Source of the DNA: Paenibacillus faecis
Lineage (GTDB): Bacteria > Bacillota > Bacilli > Paenibacillales > Paenibacillaceae
Length of the DNA stretch: 24,000 bases
Assembly (NCBI RefSeq): GCF_008084145.1
Contig: NZ_VSDO01000004.1
Coordinates: 300,202 to 324,201 of the forward strand
Reading direction: 5' to 3'
The notes beneath the pieces were generated by a model. The model was not told the origin of the DNA. It saw only the letters and a list, made by a program, of their open reading frames with translations, and made no database searches. Numbering within the stretch: position 1 is the stretch's first letter; each line of letters starts with the position of its first letter. A program made the translations under genes and the position numbers. Below, one piece after another: positions 14,896-22,161 of the stretch.

Positions 14896-17517
14896 ATGGA
14901 GATCCGGACGAAGGTTCATACGGTTTTTATGCTGATCGGCTCTACCGAATGCGGCAAAACCACGTTCGCCAAGGAAGTGTTGGTTCCGGGGCTGCGGTTT
15001 GAAGATCGGGACAAAAACATCAAGGCCAACGTGCAATATCTGTCCTCCGACCAGATTCGCCAGGAGGTGCTCGGCCATGATTACGACAAGTACGACCAGG
15101 TGATGCTGGAGGCCAGCGAGCAGGCGTTTCATCTTCTGTTCGAGCGGTTGAAAATGGCGACTTCTTTTCCGGTCAACGCGGAGTTCGTGGTGGTCGATAC
15201 CACCGGGTTGTCCGAGGATTTCCGGGCCAAAGTGAAGGATATCGCCTATCGGAACAATTACAATCTGGAAGCGATCGTGTTCGATTACCGGAAGCGGGAC
15301 GATTACTACGCCTCGGAGCGCTCGAAGAAGCTCATCACCAACCATATCAACCGGCTGAAAAAAGAGGTCCTGGGCTCGCTGGCCCGCGAAGGGTACGACA
15401 AAATTCATAAGGTGCGGGCTAAGGATTTTTACCGGTCCGAGGAAGGGAAGGCGAATCCGGAATACCGCGTCGTCATTGAAAATCTGGAGGATTATCTGGG
15501 CGGCGTTCTCCCGCAGGATCAGCAGTATATTATCATCGGCGACGTCCATGAATGTGTAGGCGATTTGCAGGGGCTGCTGCGCGACCACGGCTTCGGGCTG
15601 GAGGACGGCAGGCTGTCGGCGCCCGAGCGATTGCGGCGGACGAAGATCGTCCTGGTGGGGGACTGGATCGACAAAGGCCGGCAAACGAAGGAGATCATCG
15701 AATTCCTTTACGAAAACCGGGAGTATTTCTACTTTGTGCTCGGCAACCATGAAAATTTTGTGGGCAAATATTTGAACGGGGAAATTCAGGGCGCCGATCA
15801 TGAACTGGTCCGCTCGTATTTCGACTCGATTGAGGTATTGCGCAGCGATGCGGAACTTCTGGAGAAATTCCGGCAACTGGTGTCGCTGTCGAAGCCGTTT
15901 TACCGGTATGTCGGGGTCCAAGGTCCTTCGTTTTATGTCACCCATGCGCCGTGCCGGAAAAAATACATCGGGAAGCTGGACACAAACTCGGCGCGGCACC
16001 AGCGGAATTTCCGGATCGACCGGGAGGCTCCGCTCGAGGAGCAGCTGGCCTTTCTGGAGGAGGAAGCGGTGTCCAATCATCCGTACCATGTGTTCGGACA
16101 TATTGCGGCGAAGCAGCCGTTCCGCATCCGCAACAAAATCCATATCGATACCGGCAGCGTTCACGGGAATCAGTTGACTTCGGTCGGCATCTCGTACAAA
16201 CCGTTCCTGAAGTCCCGCAAGTCCGCCCAGGCGGTCATCGGGGGAGGGGAAGAGCTGAAGACGCTGTTCAAGCGGGAGCGGAAGGTGTCGGTGGCGGACC
16301 TGGAAGAGGACGAAATCCGCCGGCTGCATTACTGCTCGCGGCATAAGATCAACTTTATCTCCGGGACGATGTCGCCGGCCGATAAGGACGAAGCGAGCGG
16401 CGAGCTGGAGTCTCTGGAGCGCGGACTGGCTTATTTCAGGGACCGCGGCGTGACGCAAGTCGTACTGCAGCCCAAATATATGGGCTCGAGATGCAATGTG
16501 TATCTGCATAAGGAGCCGGAGCGTTGCTTTGCCGTCAGCCGGAACGGATACAAGATCAATCAGGTGGACTTGTCGGAGATCTTCGGCAAGCTGCTGCGGA
16601 AGTTCGGCGCCTATATGGAGGAGCGTCAGATTGCCATGCTTATGCTGGACGGGGAGCTCCTGCCGTGGAAGGCGCTGGGCGAAGGCCTGATCGAACGGCA
16701 GTTTAAGCCGATCGGGGCAGCGCTGGAATCCGAGCTTGCGTTTCTGCGGCATAACGGCTTCGAGCAGGCGTTCGGGAAGCTGCTGGAGGACTATGAAGCG
16801 AGCGGCTTTGAGCAGGACCAGTTCCGCGTTTCGAAGTCCGCCCTGAGCGACAAATACGGTCCGAGCGTGTACCAGAACTACAAGCATGTTCATGAGCTCC
16901 GCGACACCTATGTCCCGCTGGAAGAACATGTCCAAGCTTACGAGACCTATAAGCGTCAGTTGGAATGGTATGCGGCGGACGGCGAAGGCGAAGTGGAGCT
17001 GGAGTTGGAGCTGGAGCTGGAGTACAAACCGTTTGCCCTGCTCAAAATCGTCTACGAGGACGGGCGGGAGCAATTGCCGGATTGGACGACGTCCGACATG
17101 TACGGGTTCCTGTCGGAGGACGAAGCGCTGGCGCTGGACTTGTCCGCGCCGGACAGTCTGGAGCAAGCGGAGCGGTACTTCGCCGAACTGACGCTGGAGA
17201 AGCATATGGAGGGCGTCGTTATCAAACCGGAGGTGTGGACCGGCGCCACCGTGCCTTACATGAAGGTGCGGAACCCCGAGTACCTGTCCATCATCTACGG
17301 CTACGACTACCGGTTCCCGCACAAGTACCGCAAGCTGCTCAAGCAAAAGAACATCAGCCAGAAGCTGCGCGCCTCGCTGAACGAGTACCGGCTCGGGATG
17401 AGCCTGCTGGGCGTTCCTTTCGCCGACATCGCCCCCGGGCACGCGGCGTATCAGGAAATCGCCGCCAACCTGCTGTTTGAAGTGGCGCAGGAGAAGGCCA
17501 TCGATCCGCGGCTGTAA
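14896..17517 (+). CDS. pnkp: Polynucleotide kinase-phosphatase-ligase Pnkp (trifunctional RNA end-healing and sealing enzyme), 873 aa
   Basis: The kinase P-loop reads GSTECGKTT (aa 15-23). The calcineurin-type phosphoesterase motifs are IIGDVHEC, GDWIDKG and GNHE. The adenylyltransferase/ligase domain carries QPKYMGSR (Lys about 527). The length and domain order match Clostridium thermocellum Pnkp. Confidence 0.9.
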   Translation: MEIRTKVHTVFMLIGSTECGKTTFAKEVLVPGLRFEDRDKNIKANVQYLSSDQIRQEVLGHDYDKYDQVMLEASEQAFHLLFERLKMATSFPVNAEFVVVDTTGLSEDFRAKVKDIAYRNNYNLEAIVFDYRKRDDYYASERSKKLITNHINRLKKEVLGSLAREGYDKIHKVRAKDFYRSEEGKANPEYRVVIENLEDYLGGVLPQDQQYIIIGDVHECVGDLQGLLRDHGFGLEDGRLSAPERLRRTKIVLVGDWIDKGRQTKEIIEFLYENREYFYFVLGNHENFVGKYLNGEIQGADHELVRSYFDSIEVLRSDAELLEKFRQLVSLSKPFYRYVGVQGPSFYVTHAPCRKKYIGKLDTNSARHQRNFRIDREAPLEEQLAFLEEEAVSNHPYHVFGHIAAKQPFRIRNKIHIDTGSVHGNQLTSVGISYKPFLKSRKSAQAVIGGGEELKTLFKRERKVSVADLEEDEIRRLHYCSRHKINFISGTMSPADKDEASGELESLERGLAYFRDRGVTQVVLQPKYMGSRCNVYLHKEPERCFAVSRNGYKINQVDLSEIFGKLLRKFGAYMEERQIAMLMLDGELLPWKALGEGLIERQFKPIGAALESELAFLRHNGFEQAFGKLLEDYEASGFEQDQFRVSKSALSDKYGPSVYQNYKHVHELRDTYVPLEEHVQAYETYKRQLEWYAADGEGEVELELELELEYKPFALLKIVYEDGREQLPDWTTSDMYGFLSEDEALALDLSAPDSLEQAERYFAELTLEKHMEGVVIKPEVWTGATVPYMKVRNPEYLSIIYGYDYRFPHKYRKLLKQKNISQKLRASLNEYRLGMSLLGVPFADIAPGHAAYQEIAANLLFEVAQEKAIDPRL

Positions 17518-17529
17518 TGACGATGCACA

Positions 17530-17567
17530 AGAGCCTGAACCGCCGGGAGGGGGTTCAGGCTCTTTTT
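17530..17567 (+). terminator. Rho-independent terminator of the rsr-pnkp operon
   Basis: AGAGCCTGAACC (17530-17541) pairs perfectly with GGTTCAGGCTCT (17552-17563), a 12-bp stem followed by TTTT. It lies 13 nt after the pnkp stop. Confidence 0.8.
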
Positions 17568-17591
17568 GGGGCATCCGTGCCGCTCTGAATA

Positions 17592-17786
17592 TTATTAACG
17601 GGAAAACCTCCCGTTAATTTTCCGCTCTTGGGCGTTGGATTCGAAATAGATGGAAAAGTTCCATCTATTTTACGCCCAACCGCCGAGATACATTGGTTTC
17701 GGCTAAATTAGCGGGAGGTTTTCCAGCTAATTCGACTTTGCAGCCCAATAGGCCCAATTTAACGGGAGGAAATCCCGTTAGTTGGG
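17592..17786 (-). repeat. Repeat family 1, copy C (inverted relative to copies A and B), followed by a degenerate duplicated ~60-nt unit to about 17880
   Basis: The reverse complement aligns along its full length with copy A (...GAATTAGCTGGAAAACCTCCCGCTAATTT..., ...AAAATTAACGGGAGGTTTTCCCGTTAATAAT). It contains the perfect 12-bp palindrome AAATAGATGGAA/TTCCATCTATTT. The unit at 17760-17819 recurs in diverged form at 17820-17879. Confidence 0.8.
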
Positions 17787-18020
17787 ACTATGGCTCCGCA
17801 AAACGGGTTAGTCACCTCGTTAACGGGAGGGAGTGCCGCTAGCCGGGATACTTGTCCCGCAAGACGGGGAGTCACTCATGATGATCGGAGGGATTCCCGT
17901 TAGCTGGGCGCTGGTACTGGGTACTGGCTACTGGGTGATAATTCATGGCTTCCTGTATCCCCAGCCGGCGCTCCGGCGCCTCCGGATTCATTTGGTTGGC
18001 GGCCTGCTCGTTGTTTGGAC

Positions 18021-18413
18021 TTACGCCCCGGTTTGCCCTTGCTGTTTCAACAGATCGCGGATTTCCGCGAGCAGCGCTTCCTCCTTGGACGGTTCGGGCG
18101 GGGCTTCCGGCTTCGGCGCCTCTTCCTTCCGTTTGAACCTGTTGAGTCCTTTCACAAACAGGAAAATGGAGAAAGAGATAATGAAGAAATCGATGACGGT
18201 CTGCAAAAAAGCGCCGTACAACAATTTCGTTTCCCCGTATTGAAAGATCAGGTCCTTGAAGTCGATGCCGCCCATCAAAATCCCGAATAGGGGCATCAGC
18301 ATGTCATTGACCAGGGAAGTTACGATTTTTCCGAAAGCGCCCCCGATAATGACCCCGATGGCCAGATCGAGGACATTGCCCTTCAGGGCAAAGGCTTTAA
18401 ACTCTTTCCACAT
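18021..18413 (-). CDS. mscL: Large-conductance mechanosensitive channel MscL
   Basis: [42 protein letters not shown]... is a textbook MscL N-terminus with TM1. ATG 18413 lies 9 nt after AAAGGTGGG; the ORF-track start at 18437 overlaps that RBS. Confidence 0.9.
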   Translation of the reverse strand: MWKEFKAFALKGNVLDLAIGVIIGGAFGKIVTSLVNDMLMPLFGILMGGIDFKDLIFQYGETKLLYGAFLQTVIDFFIISFSIFLFVKGLNRFKRKEEAPKPEAPPEPSKEEALLAEIRDLLKQQGQTGA

Positions 18414-18575
18414 TCTAGTAAACCCACCTTTTTTCATATATTACAGGCAGTATACCATATAAGGTGTAGGGGAGAAATCCATAGCCATGGCGGAACGGAC
18501 GGGACGGGGCCTTTGCGAATGTACGGAAGGTGGTGCATACGGCGACCACTGTCTCCTGTTGGAGCTGGGCGGAGG

Positions 18576-18784
18576 AATAGCGGTCATTTGCGCCGTTATT
18601 TTGTCGAATTTGGCTAATCGGAGGAAAATAGCGGCCTTTTGGGCGCTTATTTTGGGGTAAAACGGGCCAAAACCTGATTTTGGGGCCGGTGAGAGGGAAA
18701 TAAGGCCTTTTTTGACCGCTATTTTGCTCGCGGAGCCGAATTTGGCCGAAATAGCGCCTCAAAAGACCGTTATTTGCGGCGGGG
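18576..18784 (+). repeat. Repeat family 2, copy 2 (same orientation as copy 1)
   Basis: It is collinear with 10432-10640. It lies in the divergent mscL/kptA intergenic region and ends 44 nt before the candidate kptA promoter. Confidence 0.8.
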
Positions 18785-18827
18785 AACGAAAGTGCAGCGG
18801 GAGCGGGACGACAAAAAGATCCGCCGC

Positions 18828-18856
18828 ATGACCTTCCGGTTCAGGGGAGTTATAAT
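18828..18856 (+). promoter_or_regulatory. Candidate sigma-A-type promoter for the kptA operon
   Basis: ATGACC (18828-18833), a 17-nt spacer, then a perfect TATAAT (18851-18856), about 75 nt upstream of the kptA ATG. Confidence 0.4.
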
Positions 18857-18930
18857 GCAATCAAGGACAGGTTGGTAGAATCCGCCAACAGAACAATCAC
18901 AGCACAACCAACAGAACGAAGGGGGTGAAC

Positions 18931-19488
18931 ATGATGCTGGATTCAAATTCGGAGAAAGGGCTCAGCAAGCTGATGAGCAAAATGCTCCGCCATACCCCGG
19001 AGGAATTCGGCCTTCAACTGAGTCCCGAAGACGGGTCGTGCGCGATGGACACGTTTCTCCAGGCGGTCACGGCCCAGCGGCGGTGGTCCTGGGTACGGCG
19101 CGAAGATGTGGAGCAGGTCGTCCGCAACTCCGATAAGCAGCGTTACATCATCGAGAATGACCGCATCCGGGCCAGATACGGCCACAGTCACACTCGGGTG
19201 CAGTACGCTCCGGCCGAGCCTCCCGCCGTGTTATACCACGGAACGAACCGGAAGGCGCTCCCGGCCATACTCCAGGAAGGACTTCGCCCGATGACGCGGC
19301 AATATGTCCATCTGTCGGAAGGGACGCATTTCGCCACGCTGGCGGGGAGCCGCCGAGGAGAGCTAGTCATCCTCCGGATCAATACGCAAAAAGCGAGGGA
19401 GGCGGGCGTGAGCTTTTACTTCGCCGGGAATGAAGTATGGCTGGCCGATCGGATCCCGCCGGGATGCTGCGAAATGGACGGAACCTAG
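18931..19488 (+). CDS. kptA: RNA 2'-phosphotransferase, Tpt1/KptA family
   Basis: The translation reads LSKLMSKMLRHTPEEFGLQL...RYGHSH...VLYHGTNRKALPAILQEGLRPMTRQYVHLSEG. This carries the Arg-His-Arg-Arg catalytic-tetrad context of Tpt1. ATG 18931 lies 5 nt after GAAGGGGG; the alternatives are 18925 and 18934. Confidence 0.85.
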   Translation: MMLDSNSEKGLSKLMSKMLRHTPEEFGLQLSPEDGSCAMDTFLQAVTAQRRWSWVRREDVEQVVRNSDKQRYIIENDRIRARYGHSHTRVQYAPAEPPAVLYHGTNRKALPAILQEGLRPMTRQYVHLSEGTHFATLAGSRRGELVILRINTQKAREAGVSFYFAGNEVWLADRIPPGCCEMDGT

Positions 19489-19547
19489 CCGTTCCGCGGA
19501 CCGCGGCGGATTTTACCCATGACATAACTGCGGAGGTTGTACGGAAA

Positions 19548-20465
19548 ATGAAATTTGTGTTTTGTTCGGACCCTTTGGACGAGAAGGCTCCGGACATGGA
19601 GTACTTGCGGGAATATGAAACCGCCCGCGGGCTTGGCGCGGACGTTTATTTGATCTCTTTGGAGGCGCTGCTGGAGGGCGGCGCGGAACGGGCGGTCCGG
19701 CGCCTGCCCGTTTTTGAAACGCGGGAAGTGTTTGTATACCGGGGCTGGATGCTGAAGCCGGATGATTACGAGCGCCTTTATCAGGCTCTATCGGACAAGA
19801 ACGCCATCCTGATCAATTCGCCCGAGGAATACAGGAATGGGCATGAATTCCCTTATGCTTACGAAGCCATTAAGGCGGTGACCCCTTTCAGTATATGGGT
19901 TCCCAAGGAGGAGCTAAACGAGGGTTTGACCCCGCTCTTTGAAAAAATGGACGTCTTCGGGAACAAGCCTGTTCTGGTCAAAGACTATGTCAAATCAAGA
20001 AAGCACGAGTGGGATGACGCCTGCTTCATTCCGGACGCCTCGGATCGGGAGGGGGTCCGCAGAGTCGCGGAGAATTTCCTCAACCGCCAAGGCACGGATC
20101 TTAACGGAGGACTTGTCATCCGGGAGTTTGCGGCTCTCGCCGGACTGGGCGTGCACCCGAAGAGCGGGATGCCGCTGGCCCAGGAGTACCGGTTGTTTTT
20201 TCTGGACCATCAAATGATCGCCTGCATGGACTATTGGGATGAAGCGGCTTATGAACACGAAAGCCGGGCTGATTCGACGCTCGCCCCTTTCCTGAAGGTG
20301 GCCGAGAGGATCGAGAGCCGTTTTTTCACAATGGACCTGGCCAAGACAGCCGGCGGGGAATGGCTGGTGATCGAGGTGGGCGACGGACAGGTTTCCGGCC
20401 TGCCGATTCAGGCGGATGCGGCGTATTTTTATAGAGCAATCATAGAAGGATTGGCGAAGGGGTGA
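19548..20465 (+). CDS. ATP-grasp-fold protein (probable; resembles the R2K/DUF4343-type ATP-grasp family)
   Basis: ATG 19548 (MKFVFCSDP...) follows GGAGG (19532-19536). The central region reads ...NKPVLVKDYVKSRKHEW... and the C-terminus reads ...FFTMDLAKTAGGEWLVIEVGDGQVSGLP, which is typical of ATP-grasp metal-binding strands. The family call is from memory, not a search. The ORF-track start at 19437 overlaps kptA. Confidence 0.55.
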   Translation: MKFVFCSDPLDEKAPDMEYLREYETARGLGADVYLISLEALLEGGAERAVRRLPVFETREVFVYRGWMLKPDDYERLYQALSDKNAILINSPEEYRNGHEFPYAYEAIKAVTPFSIWVPKEELNEGLTPLFEKMDVFGNKPVLVKDYVKSRKHEWDDACFIPDASDREGVRRVAENFLNRQGTDLNGGLVIREFAALAGLGVHPKSGMPLAQEYRLFFLDHQMIACMDYWDEAAYEHESRADSTLAPFLKVAERIESRFFTMDLAKTAGGEWLVIEVGDGQVSGLPIQADAAYFYRAIIEGLAKG

Positions 20466-20473
20466 GGGAAGAG

Positions 20474-21349
20474 ATGCGTATCGACAGCAGAATTAAAGGC
20501 GGAGTATACGGCGTGGCCGTCGGGGATGCTCTTGGCGGAACGACCGAATTTATGAGTGCCGGCGAAATTCGGGCGCAATACGGGTACTTGCAGCAGATCA
20601 TCGGGGGCGGAGTTTGGGGGCTCGCGCCCGGAGAAGTCACGGACGACACCATGATGACGTTATGCGTCGCCGAAGGGATTTTGCAAAACCCGGCCGACCC
20701 GGAGGAGCAGATCGGGCGTCTTTTTCTGGAGTGGTACCAATCCCGGCCGAAAGATATCGGAAACATTATCCGTCACGTTTTTGAACACTACGAGGACAGT
20801 TGGAAGGAGGCCGCTTTCTACGCGCACGTGGATCTCGGGCAAAGCGGCGGGAACGGCTCTCTGATGAGATGCTTGCCCGTAGCTTTGGCCTACAGGGAAC
20901 CGGCCGATATCGACAAGGTGACGGTGATGCAATCGCGGATGACGCATTATGACCCACGGTGCAATGAAGCCTGCGTCATCTATAACCGGATCGCTTACCG
21001 CTTGCTGTGCGGGGAAGAGCTCGGGGACGCCATCCGGCGCGAGGCCGCCGGGACGGAATACGAAGGGTTGATCGAACGGGAGCCCGATTGCGAACCGAGC
21101 GGGTTTGTGGTGCATACGTTTCGCTGGGTACTGCATATTTTGCTGACGGCTCCGGATTTCGGCGCCGTAGTCGAGCGGGCCGCCAACCTTGGCGGGGATT
21201 CCGACACGATCGGAGCGATCGCGGGCGGACTGGCCGGGATTTATTTCGGTTACGAAGGCATTCCGTCAAAATATACGGAAGCGATCTTGATCAAAGAACG
21301 GTTGGAGAGGGTTGCAAGCCGGTTGGCACAGTTAAGAGGTGCGCTGTAA
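20474..21349 (+). CDS. ADP-ribosylglycohydrolase (ARH/DraG) family protein
   Basis: The translation contains GGVYGVAVGDALGGTTEF...GEVTDDTMMTLCVAEG...GNGSLMRCLP...NLGGDSDTIGAIAGGLAG, covering both metal-binding Asp clusters of the ARH fold. The start is ATG 20474, or GTG 20462 overlapping the upstream stop. Confidence 0.85.
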   Translation: MRIDSRIKGGVYGVAVGDALGGTTEFMSAGEIRAQYGYLQQIIGGGVWGLAPGEVTDDTMMTLCVAEGILQNPADPEEQIGRLFLEWYQSRPKDIGNIIRHVFEHYEDSWKEAAFYAHVDLGQSGGNGSLMRCLPVALAYREPADIDKVTVMQSRMTHYDPRCNEACVIYNRIAYRLLCGEELGDAIRREAAGTEYEGLIEREPDCEPSGFVVHTFRWVLHILLTAPDFGAVVERAANLGGDSDTIGAIAGGLAGIYFGYEGIPSKYTEAILIKERLERVASRLAQLRGAL

Positions 21350-21438
21350 ACAATACGGCGAATTTCCTGAATTTCCTAAAATTAGGGCTATGAGATCCGA
21401 AATATATATCTAAAGAATATTAGAGATGAGTGACCGGA

Positions 21439-22161
21439 ATGCTATCTATCGCCATTTGCGACGACCAGGCCCTGGATTGCCTCAAGTTTTCGGGAAAGGT
21501 TCGCGCTATTTTGCAAGAAGCGGGTGTTGCCCATAACATTAAGCAATTCCTATCGGGGGCGGCTTTAATGGAGTCGGCGTGCGCGTTCGATCTTGTTTTT
21601 TTGGACATCAAAATGGAGCGGTTGGACGGATTAACGACCGCCGCCTTGATGAGAAAAAGGAACCGGCCTTTTCTGCTCGTATTTATTACGGCTTACCGGG
21701 AATATGTTTACGAGGCCTTCGACGTAGAGGCCTTTCATTATCTCGTCAAGCCTGTCGACGACGGAAAGCTGGCCAAGGTGCTTCTGGCGGCGGTTGATAA
21801 ATGCTTGAACGGCGAGAGGGAAGAAGGGTATATGGTCGTAACCCGAAACCGGGAGGCCATAAAACTGGCTTTGGACGATGTGATTTACTTTGAAATTAGC
21901 GGGCGCGTGATCAAAGCACACTGCAGCAATCGCGTGGTGGAATACTACGATCAGATTGGCGCTTTAGAGGAGAGACTCATCGGGCGGAGCTTTTTTAGAT
22001 GTCACAAGAGCTTCCTTATTCATCTAAAGCATGTAGTGAGTTTCGACAAACATGAAATTCTGATGGACAACGGGGACAGGGTCTTACTGTCCAAACGCCG
22101 ATACAAAGAGTTTACGGAAGCGCTTCTGAAATATTTGAAAAAAGAAGGCGGCATGATATGA
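21439..22161 (+). CDS. LytTR-family response regulator (REC + LytTR DNA-binding domain)
   Basis: The REC domain reads MLSIAICDDQ...DLVFLDIKMERLDG...HYLVKP. The C-terminal LytTR domain reads ...IYFEISGRVIKAHCSNRVVEYYDQIGALEERL...FFRCHKSFLIHLKHV. The alternative start is GTG 21430. Confidence 0.85.
   Translation: MLSIAICDDQALDCLKFSGKVRAILQEAGVAHNIKQFLSGAALMESACAFDLVFLDIKMERLDGLTTAALMRKRNRPFLLVFITAYREYVYEAFDVEAFHYLVKPVDDGKLAKVLLAAVDKCLNGEREEGYMVVTRNREAIKLALDDVIYFEISGRVIKAHCSNRVVEYYDQIGALEERLIGRSFFRCHKSFLIHLKHVVSFDKHEILMDNGDRVLLSKRRYKEFTEALLKYLKKEGGMI

Noticed and set aside
2133-17517. Calling the repeat-bracketed segment a mobile genetic element or genomic island
   Set aside because: The window contains no integrase, transposase, recombinase, tRNA attachment site or clear target-site duplication. 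The inverted family-1 copies alone are insufficient. This is reported as a hypothesis in the findings, not as a feature.
14014-17574. 1186-aa ORF on the - strand spanning hen1 and pnkp
   Set aside because: It is an antisense shadow of two confidently identified + strand genes. The translation is a low-complexity R/L/Q/V/P-rich product with no motifs. This is typical of stop-free antisense frames in GC-rich coding DNA.
17833-18243. 136-aa + strand ORF
   Set aside because: It begins in the degenerate family-1 repeat tail and is mostly antisense to mscL. There is no RBS.
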